This document shows positions 40,000 through 49,025 of a stretch of DNA of 64,000 nt, in pieces (the stretch's first letter is position 1; each line of letters opens with the position of its first letter). Below the pieces are notes generated by a model that was not told where the DNA came from, made no database searches, and saw only the letters and a program-made list of their open reading frames with translations. This stretch comes from an uncultured Alphaproteobacteria bacterium. GTDB taxonomy: Bacteria > Pseudomonadota > Alphaproteobacteria > SP197. Made by a program: the position numbers and the translations under genes. The stretch covers positions 1,367,403 through 1,431,402 of the forward strand of contig OY282363.1 in the NCBI GenBank assembly GCA_958295695.1, written 5' to 3'.

Positions 40000-40914
40000 T
40001 TGAGCCAGGTCACGACAGTCCATACCGGGTCGACCAGGACGTTCGTCTGGGTCTGCATGGGCCCGGTCATCGCGTTCCTCCTGATCGTCGCCGTCGCGCC
40101 CGTCACGCTCGCCATCATCGACAGCTTCCGCGAGCTTTCGCTCACCTCGCTTACCAAGCGCGGGCAGTTCGTCGGGCTCGAGAACTACCGCGACCTGATC
40201 GGCGCGGACGGGAACTTCTACGACGCCGTCGGCCACACCGCGATCTTCGTGCTGGCCGTGGTGCCCGTCGAGCTCGCGCTCGGGCTGCTGATCGCGCTCT
40301 GGATCGACCGGGCGTTCCCCGGCCGGCGCCTCGTCCTGACGATCCTCATGATCCCGACCATGATCGCGCCGGTCGTGGTCGGGATGATCTGGCGCTTCTT
40401 CCTGCTGCCCAGCTTCGGGATCCTCACGGTCTACATGAACCGGTTCGGATTCTTCGAGGAGGAAAGCGTCTTTTCCGGACCCGTCACGGCCTTCGTCGCG
40501 CTCATGGTCATCGATGTCTGGGAATGGACGCCGTTCGTCATGCTCATCATGCTGGCGGGCCTCGCCGCGCTTCCCAGGGCGCCCATCGAGGCGGCCACCA
40601 TCGACGGCGCCTCGCGCTGGCAGATCTTCCGCCACATCCAGCTCCCGATGCTGACGCCGCTCATCGTCGTCGCCGTGATGCTGCGCGCGATCGACGCCAG
40701 CAAGCTCTTCGACACGGTCTACGTCCTCACCGGCGGCGGGCCGGGCAACGCCACCGAGGTGATCTCGACCTTCGCCTACCGCACGAACTTCGTGCGCTGG
40801 GACCTGGGCTACGGCGCGGCGGTCTGTCTCGTGCTGGCCTTCGCCTCGCTGGTCGCGGCGGCGGTCTTCTTCAAGACCGTCAGCGGCAAGGCCGCGCGGG
40901 TGGGAAACGCCTGA
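40000..40914 (+). CDS. carbohydrate-type (CUT1) ABC transporter permease, MalF/UgpA-like
   Basis: 304 aa with a TTG start, multi-TM. The EAA-loop region reads LAALPRAPIEAATIDGASRWQIFRHIQLPML. Confidence 0.85.
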   Translation: MSQVTTVHTGSTRTFVWVCMGPVIAFLLIVAVAPVTLAIIDSFRELSLTSLTKRGQFVGLENYRDLIGADGNFYDAVGHTAIFVLAVVPVELALGLLIALWIDRAFPGRRLVLTILMIPTMIAPVVVGMIWRFFLLPSFGILTVYMNRFGFFEEESVFSGPVTAFVALMVIDVWEWTPFVMLIMLAGLAALPRAPIEAATIDGASRWQIFRHIQLPMLTPLIVVAVMLRAIDASKLFDTVYVLTGGGPGNATEVISTFAYRTNFVRWDLGYGAAVCLVLAFASLVAAAVFFKTVSGKAARVGNA

Positions 40915-41729
40915 TGGGCCGGCGCGGCCTTCTCGGCTTCGCCCTTCCGCTGGCCGTCCTGCTGTCGGCGGCGCTGCTGCCCTACGTCTGGATCGTCCTG
41001 GCGAGCTTCAAGACGCGCACGGACCTCATCTCGCCGACGCCGAAGTGGATCTTCGAGCCGACCGGAATCAACTACGCCGACATCCTCGACAAGGGGTTCG
41101 ACGGCTATCTGCTGAACTCCATCGTCATCGGGTTCTCGAGCACGGCCCTGACGGTCCTTGTCGGCACGCTCGCGGCCTACGGCTTCTCGCGCTTCCGGAT
41201 TCCGGCGGGCAACCATCTCTTCTTCTACATCCTGGCGACGCGGCTGGGTCCGCCGGTCGCCTATGCGCTGCCGATGTACCTGATCTTCAACGAGCTCGGT
41301 CTCATCAACACCCACGCCGGCGTCATCCTCGCGCACGCCACCTTCAATCTCGTGCTGGTGGTCTGGATGATGCGTTCGTTCTTCGACGACGTGCCGCGCG
41401 AAATCGAGGAGGCCGCCTATCTCGACGGCTGCGGCCATTTCCGGGTGTTGTGGCGCATCACGCTGCCGATGACGCTGCCAGGCCTCGTGGCGGTCGCGAT
41501 CTTCGTCCTGATCTTCTCGTGGAACGAGCTCCTCTTCGCCCTGATCCTGACCGGCGGCGAGACGCGGCCGCTCACCGTGGTGATCCCCTCGCTCGTGCTG
41601 CACACGGGAACGCAGTGGGGTCAGGTCGCGGCGGCCTCGGTCGTCCAGAGCATTCCGGTGCTGGTCTTCATCTTCTTCATCCAGAAGCAGCTCGTCCAGG
41701 GCCTGACCTTCGGCGCGGTCAAGGGATAG
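40914..41729 (+). CDS. carbohydrate-type (CUT1) ABC transporter permease, MalG/UgpE-like
   Basis: ATG 40914 overlaps the upstream stop (ATGA). It gives MGRRGLLGFALPLAVLLSAALLPYVWIVLASFK... and EEAAYLDGCGHFRVLWRITLPM. Confidence 0.85.
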   Translation: MGRRGLLGFALPLAVLLSAALLPYVWIVLASFKTRTDLISPTPKWIFEPTGINYADILDKGFDGYLLNSIVIGFSSTALTVLVGTLAAYGFSRFRIPAGNHLFFYILATRLGPPVAYALPMYLIFNELGLINTHAGVILAHATFNLVLVVWMMRSFFDDVPREIEEAAYLDGCGHFRVLWRITLPMTLPGLVAVAIFVLIFSWNELLFALILTGGETRPLTVVIPSLVLHTGTQWGQVAAASVVQSIPVLVFIFFIQKQLVQGLTFGAVKG

Positions 41730-41850
41730 GGCGGGTCCGTCCCTCGGTACGGCGCTGGCGCGCCTGCTCGGGATAAGGGGCACCGAGACCTCTCCCTCGT
41801 CCTGAGTAGCCGCCGACAGGCGGCGTATCGAAGGGCGTCGCCGCGGCGTC

Positions 41851-42957
41851 CTACGGCCGCGGCTCCGTTCCGGGGCGACCGGTCCGGATGCGCCGGCCCG
41901 ATGCGGTGTCGAACGCCAGAACCTTGGCCGGATCGGCCCACAGGCGGACGCCGGCGCCGTAACGGACCGCGTCGTTGCGCGCGATCTTGGCGGTGACGGC
42001 CGGTCCGGCGGTCGCCACTCCCAGCACGGTGTCCGCGCCGAGGTGCTCCACGGTCTCGACCCTGCCGTCGAACGGCAACGCTCCCGGCCGTTCCTCGAGG
42101 CCCAGGAACTCCGGGCGGACGCCGACCGTCACCGCGCCGCCGCGGGCGGCCGCATGGTCCGCGGGCAGGGCGAGGCGCAGGCCGTCCGCGCCGAACGCCG
42201 GCCCGCCGCCGCTGGCTTCCGCCACGCCGTCGATGAGGTTCATGGTGGGACTGCCGATGAAGCCGGCGACGAACGTGTCGTCGGGATCGTCGTAAACGTC
42301 CAGCGGCGTTCCGGCCTGGCGGATGCCGCCCTCGTGCATGACGACGATCCGGTCGCCCATGGTCATCGCCTCGATCTGGTCGTGCGTCACGTAGATCATG
42401 GTGGTGTCGAGGCGGTGGTGGAGCTTGATCAGCTCGCCGCGCATGGCGACCCTCAGCTTGGCGTCGAGGTTCGACAGCGGCTCGTCGAACAGGAAGACGG
42501 CGGGATCGCGCACGATCGCGCGGCCCAGGGCGACGCGCTGCTGCTGGCCGCCCGACAGGGTCTTGGGTTTGCGCGGGAGCTCGTCGGCGAGGCCGAGGGT
42601 GGCGGCCACGTTCCCGACCCGGCGGTCGATCTCGACCTTCGGGACCTTCCGGAGCTTGAGCGCGAAGCTCATGTTCTCGGCGACGGTCATGTGTGGATAG
42701 AGGGCGTAGGACTGGAAGACCATCGCCACGTCGCGGTCCTTGGCGTGGACGTCCGCGACATCGGCGTCGCCGATGAAGATGCCGCCCGAGGTGACCGATT
42801 CGAGCCCGGCGATCATGCGCAGCGTGGTCGTCTTGCCGGAGCCCGAGGGGCCGACCAGGACGACGAACTCGCCGCTCGCGATCTCGAGGTCGATCGAGGC
42901 GACCGCCGCGACCGGGCCGAACCGCTTGGTCAGCTTCTCGAGGCGCACCGTCGTCAC
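41851..42957 (-). CDS. ABC transporter ATP-binding protein (MalK/UgpC-like)
   Basis: GTG at 42957 gives (M)TTVRLEKLTKRFG... It has Walker A GPSGSGKTT, signature LSGGQQQRVALGRA and Walker B VFLFDEPLSNLD, plus a C-terminal regulatory domain. It lies on the opposite strand to the permeases. Confidence 0.9.
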   Translation of the reverse strand: MTTVRLEKLTKRFGPVAAVASIDLEIASGEFVVLVGPSGSGKTTTLRMIAGLESVTSGGIFIGDADVADVHAKDRDVAMVFQSYALYPHMTVAENMSFALKLRKVPKVEIDRRVGNVAATLGLADELPRKPKTLSGGQQQRVALGRAIVRDPAVFLFDEPLSNLDAKLRVAMRGELIKLHHRLDTTMIYVTHDQIEAMTMGDRIVVMHEGGIRQAGTPLDVYDDPDDTFVAGFIGSPTMNLIDGVAEASGGGPAFGADGLRLALPADHAAARGGAVTVGVRPEFLGLEERPGALPFDGRVETVEHLGADTVLGVATAGPAVTAKIARNDAVRYGAGVRLWADPAKVLAFDTASGRRIRTGRPGTEPRP

Positions 42958-43115
42958 GACGAGAGCCCCAGATAGGCGAACTCCGCGGCGACGAAGAGCG
43001 CCACGCCCCAGAACCGCACCTCGCCAGGCGTCAGCCACCGGCTCCGGGTGTTCCACACGCCGATCAGGAACTGGAACGGCGCGCAGGCCGCCACGACGAT
43101 CGCGTGGTCCAGCAT
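42954..43115 (-). CDS. small hydrophobic protein (53 aa), below the track length cutoff
   Basis: Own translation: MLDHAIVVAACAPFQFLIGVWNTRSRWLTPGEVRFWGVALFVAAEFAYLGLSS. It has two hydrophobic segments. Its TGA overlaps the GTG start of the ATPase gene (GTGA). Confidence 0.4.
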   Translation of the reverse strand: MLDHAIVVAACAPFQFLIGVWNTRSRWLTPGEVRFWGVALFVAAEFAYLGLSS

Positions 43116-43118
43116 GTC

Positions 43119-43355
43119 CTACTCTTCTTCCGCGCCGGGCTCCGGCGCCTTGAGCACGAAGAGGAAGGGCGCGCCGGCCAGCAGCGGGAACCCGAACAGC
43201 GCGACGGGCGCCACCACGAAATAGGACACGCCGAGATCGAGCATGGTCCCCGAGCCGACCACGACCAGCAGGCAGTAGAGGACGGCCCACAGACAGGCGC
43301 GGAGATTGGCGCGATCGAGCACTACGGGACCCCCCTTCGGCGCTTGGCGGACCAT
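43119..43355 (-). CDS. small hydrophobic protein (78 aa)
   Basis: MVRQAPKGGPVVLDRANLRACLWAVLYCLLVVVGSGTMLDLGVSYFVVAPVALFGFPLLAGAPFLFVLKAPEPGAEEE. It has two TM-like segments. It ends at a TAG that is in frame with the next small ORF, one codon away. Confidence 0.4.
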   Translation of the reverse strand: MVRQAPKGGPVVLDRANLRACLWAVLYCLLVVVGSGTMLDLGVSYFVVAPVALFGFPLLAGAPFLFVLKAPEPGAEEE

Positions 43356-43491
43356 TCAACCGGTTGCCAGCGCAAGGGTCAACGCGGCGGTCCGACCGGT
43401 TAGCAGACAAACGTCCATCGTGCTAGGGTGACGCCAAGTCCCCCGGCGCGGCTGGCAGGCCCGCCCGGTCGGGACCGGGGGAAGGCCGCCG

Positions 43492-44841
43492 ATGGAAGGC
43501 TCGGATCGCTACGTCAATCTCGACCGGGGGCTCGTCAGCCGCCGCATCTTCTTCGATCCGGAGATCTACCGGATCGAGCTGGAGCGGATCTTCGCCCGCA
43601 CCTGGCTCTTCCTCGGGCATGAATCGCAGATCCCCGAGCCCGGCGACCACATGTCCGCCTACATGGGCGAGGACCCCGTGCTGGTCTGCCGCGGCGACGA
43701 CGGCAAGGTGAGGGCGTTCCTCAACTCGTGCCGCCACCGGGGCATGAAGGTATGCCGCGCCGACCGCGGCAACGCCCGCCAGTTCACCTGCAGCTTCCAC
43801 GGCTGGACCTACGCCAACACCGGCGAGCTCAAGGGCGTTCCACTGGGCCGGGACGCCTACGGCGACCGCTTGGACAAGGGAGCCTGGGGTCTGCTCGAAA
43901 CGCCGAAACTCGCGACCTACGGGGGCATGATCTTCGGCAACTGGGACGCCGGCGCCGAGAGCCTGGACGATTTCCTGGGCGATCTCCGCTGGTATCTCGA
44001 CGTCATGATCGAGCGTCAGGTCGGCGGCATCGAGTTCATCCCCGGCGTCCAGCGCTACTCGCTCGACGCCAACTGGAAGATCGCGAGCGAGAACTTCGCC
44101 GGCGACACCTATCACCTGATCTACTCGCACGGCTCGATGTTCAAGCTCGACATCCGCCAGATCAACCCCGCGAACCCCAACTTCCGCGGCAAGGAGAGCG
44201 AGTACTACAACATCGGCCTCGACAACGGCCACGGCCTGACCGGCGTCGTCTTCGGCGGCGAGCGCCACGAGGTCGACCGCGAGCTGGCCAAGAGCTACGG
44301 GCCGGAGGTCGTGGAGTATGTCGAGGAGTGCCAGCAGCGGCTGATGAGGGCCTTTCCGAAGCATCGGGCCGGGATGTACGCGCCCTCGTTCAGCAACATG
44401 TTCCCGAACCTGTCGTTCAACGACTTCAGCGCCTTGCGGCCGATCGGGTTCTACCTCTGGATACCCAAGGGCCCCTGCCGCCTGGAAGCCTGGAACTGGT
44501 GCGGCGTCGACCGCGACGCGCCCCAGGTCGTCAAGGACGAGGCGCGGGTCGACTTCACGCGCATCCAGGCGGTGAGCGGCATCGCCGCGCAGGACGACAC
44601 GGAGAACTTCGAGCAGGTGACCGAGGCCACGCGCGGGGTGGTCGGCCAGCGGCTCGATTTCAACTACCAGATGAATGTCGGGCAGGATCTCCTGGAGGGC
44701 CCCCGGGGCTGTCCGGGCCGGTTTTCTCCCTACATCTCGGAGACCAACCAACTGAACTTCTATCGGCACTGGGCGACGCTCATGGAGTCGCCCCGGTCGG
44801 GACGGTCCCATGGTCGGCGTCGAGCTGCAGCATCGCGTTGA
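43492..44841 (+). CDS. aromatic-ring-hydroxylating (Rieske non-haem iron) oxygenase alpha subunit
   Basis: 449 aa. The Rieske motif is CRHRGMKVCRADRGNARQFTCSFHGW (C-x-H-x17-C-x2-H). The mononuclear iron motif is ENFAGDTYHLIYSHG (D-x2-H-x4-H). Confidence 0.9.
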   Translation: MEGSDRYVNLDRGLVSRRIFFDPEIYRIELERIFARTWLFLGHESQIPEPGDHMSAYMGEDPVLVCRGDDGKVRAFLNSCRHRGMKVCRADRGNARQFTCSFHGWTYANTGELKGVPLGRDAYGDRLDKGAWGLLETPKLATYGGMIFGNWDAGAESLDDFLGDLRWYLDVMIERQVGGIEFIPGVQRYSLDANWKIASENFAGDTYHLIYSHGSMFKLDIRQINPANPNFRGKESEYYNIGLDNGHGLTGVVFGGERHEVDRELAKSYGPEVVEYVEECQQRLMRAFPKHRAGMYAPSFSNMFPNLSFNDFSALRPIGFYLWIPKGPCRLEAWNWCGVDRDAPQVVKDEARVDFTRIQAVSGIAAQDDTENFEQVTEATRGVVGQRLDFNYQMNVGQDLLEGPRGCPGRFSPYISETNQLNFYRHWATLMESPRSGRSHGRRRAAASR

Positions 44842-45307
44842 GCAGTTCCTCTACCGCGAGGCGCGCCTGCTGAGCGAGCGGCGTCTCGAGGAGTGGCTCG
44901 ATCTCTTCACGGACGACGCGCGGTACTGGATGCCGGCGCGCGTGACCGTGGACGGACAGCCCGACGCGGTCGCCGCCGACGGCGAGATGGCCTTTTTCGA
45001 CGACGACAAGGCTTTCATGTCGGCCCGCGTCGAACGCCTGCGGTCGTCGCTCGCGCACGCGGAGCAGCCGCCGTCGCGAATGCGCTACTTCGTCTCGAAC
45101 GTCGAGATCGAGGAGCCGGGCGGCGGCGAGCTCGACGTGCGCTGCAACCTGCTCGCCTATCAGTCGCGCCTGGAACGCACCGAGGCGATGTATGTCGGCC
45201 GGCGCGAGGACCGCCTGCGGCCCGACGGCGCGTCGTGGCGCATCGCCTTGCGCAAGATCGTCCTCGACCAGACCCTGGTGCCGAGGACCATGTCGACCTT
45301 CTTCTAG
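44810..45307 (+). CDS. ring-hydroxylating oxygenase beta subunit (SnoaL/NTF2-like)
   Basis: 165 aa. VELQHRVEQFLYREARLLSERRLEEWLDLFTDDARYWMP...SRMRYFVSNVEI...RKIVLDQ. It overlaps the alpha gene by 32 nt. Confidence 0.85.
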   Translation: MVGVELQHRVEQFLYREARLLSERRLEEWLDLFTDDARYWMPARVTVDGQPDAVAADGEMAFFDDDKAFMSARVERLRSSLAHAEQPPSRMRYFVSNVEIEEPGGGELDVRCNLLAYQSRLERTEAMYVGRREDRLRPDGASWRIALRKIVLDQTLVPRTMSTFF

Positions 45308-45341
45308 GGACGGCCCGTCCGCTTCCATCCGGAGAGACGCC

Positions 45342-47408
45342 ATGCCCCGCGATCCCCGCTTCGATATCCTCTTCGATCCGGTCCGGATAGGACCGGTCAC
45401 GGCGCGAAACCGGTTCTTCCAGGTGCCCCACTGCAGCGGCATGGGCCACCTGCTGCCGCGTTCCGACGCCGCCATGCGCGCCATGAAGGCCGAGGGCGGA
45501 TGGGCCGTGGTGTGCACGGAGCAATGCTCGTTCCATCCGCACGCGGAGGCGGCGCCCTATCCCGAAACCAAGCTGTGGGATCGCGACGACGTGGTCCGGA
45601 TGAGACACTGGACGGACGCCGTGCACGAGCATGGCGCGCTCGCGGGCGTCGAACTGGTCAGCAACGCCTCGGCCCTGCCCAACTATTACAGCCGCGAGAT
45701 CCCGCTCGGGCCGTCGCATACGCCGGCGACCTACAGCCACGATCCGGTCCAGGCGCGGGCCATGGACCTCGACGACATCCACGAATTCCGGCGCTGGCAC
45801 CGGGACGCGGTACTGCGGTCGCGGGACGCCGGGTTCGATCTCGTCTACCTCTATTGCGGCCACGACATCGCGATGCCGATGGATTTCCTCACGCGCCGGC
45901 GCAACCGCCGCACCGACGAATACGGCGGGAGCCTCGAGAACCGCGTCCGGCTGCTGCGCGAGCTGCTCGAGGACACCGTCGGAGCGGTCGGCGGCCAGAT
46001 GGCGGTCGCCCTGCGCTTCGCCACCGACGAGCTGCTCGGCGAGGACGGCGTCACCTGGGAGGACGAAGGCTGCAAGGCGATCGAGATGCTGGCCGACCTT
46101 CCCGACCTGTGGGACGTCAACGTCAGCGACTGGGCGCACGACTCCGCGACCTCCCGGTTCAGTTCCGAAGGCTTCCAGGAACCCTACGTCTCGTTCGTGA
46201 AGGGCATGGTGAAGAAGCCCGTCGTCTGCGTCGGCCGCTACACCTCGCCCGAAACCATGCTCTCGCTGATTACGCGCGGCGTTTCCGATTTCGTGGGCTG
46301 CGCCCGTCCCTCGATCGCCGATCCCTTCATTCCGAACAAGATCGACGAAGGACGCCTCGACGACATCCGCGAGTGCATCGGCTGCAACATCTGCGTGACC
46401 GGCCAGCACATGAAGACCCCGATGCGCTGCACCCAGAATCCGACCGTGGGCGAGGAGTGGCGGCGCGGGTGGCACCCCGAGAGGATCGAGCCCAAGGGAT
46501 CGGAGGCGTCCGTTCTGGTGGTCGGCGCCGGACCGGCGGGGCTGGAGTGCGCCCTGGCGCTCGGCCAGCGCGGCTACAAGGTCGGGCTCGCCGAGGCCCG
46601 GCGCGAGCTGGGCGGGCGCGTGACGGACGAATCGGCGATGCCCGGATTCTCGGAATGGGCGCGCGTGCGGGACTACCGGGCCTATCAGATCGACAAGCTG
46701 CACGAGACGGTCGAGGTCTTCCGCGAAAGCGAGATGACCGCCGAGACGATCCTGGACGCGGGCTACCGGCATGTCGCGGTCGCCACGGGCTCGCGCTGGC
46801 GCGGGGACGGGATCGGGCGCGCGAACACGATGGGACCGATTCCGGGCAGCGATGGCGCCCACGTCTTCACACCCAACGATATCTTCGGCGGCGCGTCTCC
46901 GGCCTCGCCGGTGGTGGTGTTCGACGACGACCACTACTACATGGGCGGCGCGCTGGCCGAGCAGTTTCGCGACGCCGGCCTCGAGGTCGTCCTGGTGACG
47001 CCCGCTCCGGTCGTCTCGTCCTGGTCCGAGGAGGCGCTCGAACAGGAGATCGTCCAGTCGCGGCTGGTGGCGATGGGGGTCGGGATCGCCACCGGCCACA
47101 ATCTCACGCGGATCGACGCCGACGCCGTCGAGATCGAGGGCGTCTACGGGGAAGGCGCGCGGACCGTCGCGTGCGCCTCGGTCGTGATGGTGACGTCGCG
47201 CCTGCCGAACGACGGCCTCTACCACGGCCTCAAGGCGTCGCCCGACAGGCTCGCCGAGGCCGGCGTCCTCTCGGTCCGGCGCATCGGCGACGCGCTGGGC
47301 CCCGGCCTGATCGCCGCGGCCGTCTGGAGCGGCCACCGCTATGCGCGCGAGCTCGACGGTCCGCCGCCGGGCGATGTGCCGTTCAAGCGCGAGCTCGTGT
47401 TTGTCTGA
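45342..47408 (+). CDS. trimethylamine/dimethylamine/histamine dehydrogenase-family flavoprotein (FMN + 4Fe-4S + ADP/NAD-binding domains), paralog 1
   Basis: ATG 45342 gives MPRDPRFDILFDPVRIGPVTARNRFFQVPHCSGMG. This is close to my recalled TMADH N-terminus, including the Cys that carries 6-S-cysteinyl-FMN. It also has the 4Fe-4S motif CIGCNICVTGQHMKTPMRC and the dinucleotide fold VLVVGAGPAGLECA. Confidence 0.88.
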   Translation: MPRDPRFDILFDPVRIGPVTARNRFFQVPHCSGMGHLLPRSDAAMRAMKAEGGWAVVCTEQCSFHPHAEAAPYPETKLWDRDDVVRMRHWTDAVHEHGALAGVELVSNASALPNYYSREIPLGPSHTPATYSHDPVQARAMDLDDIHEFRRWHRDAVLRSRDAGFDLVYLYCGHDIAMPMDFLTRRRNRRTDEYGGSLENRVRLLRELLEDTVGAVGGQMAVALRFATDELLGEDGVTWEDEGCKAIEMLADLPDLWDVNVSDWAHDSATSRFSSEGFQEPYVSFVKGMVKKPVVCVGRYTSPETMLSLITRGVSDFVGCARPSIADPFIPNKIDEGRLDDIRECIGCNICVTGQHMKTPMRCTQNPTVGEEWRRGWHPERIEPKGSEASVLVVGAGPAGLECALALGQRGYKVGLAEARRELGGRVTDESAMPGFSEWARVRDYRAYQIDKLHETVEVFRESEMTAETILDAGYRHVAVATGSRWRGDGIGRANTMGPIPGSDGAHVFTPNDIFGGASPASPVVVFDDDHYYMGGALAEQFRDAGLEVVLVTPAPVVSSWSEEALEQEIVQSRLVAMGVGIATGHNLTRIDADAVEIEGVYGEGARTVACASVVMVTSRLPNDGLYHGLKASPDRLAEAGVLSVRRIGDALGPGLIAAAVWSGHRYARELDGPPPGDVPFKRELVFV

Positions 47409-47531
47409 CAAGCTCGCATATCGGGCCGTGGCTTTGTATGATTTCCGCATTGTCGGCGCGCTCATCGGGCCGGGCGGCGGAACGCCGCGGTTCGGACCGG
47501 GGGACGATCGAGGAAACAGGGAGGACCCGAG

Positions 47532-48926
47532 ATGCAGAGTTCACTGTCGAAGCGGCTGAGGAATGGCGTTCTGGCCGCCGTCCTCGGCGCCGGAGCGGCC
47601 GCGGCCCTCCCGGCGACGGACGCCGCGGCGTGGTCGCTGGAGGAAGCCGCGGCGCCTTACGCCGGAACCGAGGTGCGGGGCATCTGCGACGGCTATTCGC
47701 CGTGCCTGGCCTACACCGAGATGGCCAAAAAGTTCGAGGAGCTGACGGGAATCGAAGTGATCCTGGAGATCGCCGACCTCGAGGCCGTGTGGCGTCAGGT
47801 GCTGGCCGACCAGCTCACGGGCGGCCAGTATTACGACATCTTCCCGGCCGCCAACAACCAGACCGCGGCGTTCGCCGCGCCCGGCTTCGCGACCGATCTG
47901 TCCCGGTTCATGGACGATCCCGCGCTCAGGGATCCGAGCCTCGACCTCGACGACATGATCCAGGCCCACTTCGAGATATCGGGCTACTACGACGGCCGGC
48001 TCGTGTCCGTTCCCTACCATTACCTGCCGCCCTACGCGGCCTACCGGACGAGCATCGCCAACCATCCCGACGAGCAGGCCGGTTTCGAGGCCGAATACGG
48101 CTACCCCATGCCGCTGCCGCCCGAGACATGGGACGAGTTCCGGGATATGGCGGAGTTCTTCACCCGCGACCAAGGGGAGACGCTGGCCGGCGAAACGCTG
48201 GAGAGCAACTTCTACGGCACGGTCGCCGCGTTCAAGCGCCATCTCACGGTCTTCTACGACTACGAGCGGATCCTGCTGGGCATGGGCGGCGAGTATGTCG
48301 ATGAGGACTTCAACGTGGCGATCGACGAGGGCGACGCCGGCGTGCGGGCGCTGGAGTACATGCTGAGCCTCCGGGAGTTCGCGCCACCGGGCCACACCGA
48401 GGCGACCTGGGACACGGAATACGCCGAGATGTGCAACGGCAACGTGTTCGCGATCTTCACCTGGGGCGACACCACGCCCTATCTGGAGATTCCCGGCGAC
48501 TGCCCCGCCTCGGCCGGCGACATGACCTACTTCCCCCATCCCGGAACCCACGTCACGGCGGCCTACGGACAGTCGTGGATCATCCCGAGCAGCGCCCGGA
48601 ACAAGGAAGCCGCGTGGCTCTTCGCCCAGTGGTTGCTGTCGGAAGAGGCGCAGACCGAATGCCTGCCCCTGGGCTGCCTCGCGGTGAGGAGCGATGTGCT
48701 CGGCGACGCGCGCTGGCAGGACCCCGGATGGGAGAACAGCCAGCGCGAAGCCATGCACATCTGGCTCGACGAGCAGGGATTGCTCTATCGCCTGCCCAAC
48801 ACGCCGAACTGGTTCGTGTGGCAGGACATCGTCATCGAGGAGTTGAGCGCGGCCGGGGCCGACCAGCAGGACGCCGAGACGACCGTCGCGAACATCGCGT
48901 CGCGCATGCGCGACGCGGTCGAGTAG
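47532..48926 (+). CDS. ABC transporter extracellular solute-binding protein (family 1, CUT1 type)
   Basis: 464 aa with a signal peptide (...AAVLGAGAAAALPATDAAAW) and a family-1 SBP-like body. It is the only candidate binding protein for the permeases at 40000..41729. Confidence 0.8.
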   Translation: MQSSLSKRLRNGVLAAVLGAGAAAALPATDAAAWSLEEAAAPYAGTEVRGICDGYSPCLAYTEMAKKFEELTGIEVILEIADLEAVWRQVLADQLTGGQYYDIFPAANNQTAAFAAPGFATDLSRFMDDPALRDPSLDLDDMIQAHFEISGYYDGRLVSVPYHYLPPYAAYRTSIANHPDEQAGFEAEYGYPMPLPPETWDEFRDMAEFFTRDQGETLAGETLESNFYGTVAAFKRHLTVFYDYERILLGMGGEYVDEDFNVAIDEGDAGVRALEYMLSLREFAPPGHTEATWDTEYAEMCNGNVFAIFTWGDTTPYLEIPGDCPASAGDMTYFPHPGTHVTAAYGQSWIIPSSARNKEAAWLFAQWLLSEEAQTECLPLGCLAVRSDVLGDARWQDPGWENSQREAMHIWLDEQGLLYRLPNTPNWFVWQDIVIEELSAAGADQQDAETTVANIASRMRDAVE

Positions 48927-48949
48927 CCCGATGCGTCACCGGGCGATAT

Positions 48950-48976
48950 GCGGCCCCGCGCGAGGCGCGGGGCCGC
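48950..48976 (+). terminator. strong GC hairpin just after the binding-protein gene
   Basis: GCGGCCCCGCGC-GAG-GCGCGGGGCCGC is a perfect 12-bp stem. It is followed by GAACCCCTTTCG, a weak U-tract. Confidence 0.4.
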
Positions 48977-49025
48977 GAACCCCTTTCGATCCGGTCCGGG
49001 AGACGCGTTCCGGGGATGGGAAGCG

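Noticed and set aside
43104-43403. 99-aa plus-strand ORF overlapping the mini membrane ORFs
   Set aside because: Its translation is highly charged, low-complexity sequence (HEEEGRAGQQREPEQRDGRHHE...). The opposite strand encodes hydrophobic segments with tight start/stop coupling to the ATPase gene.
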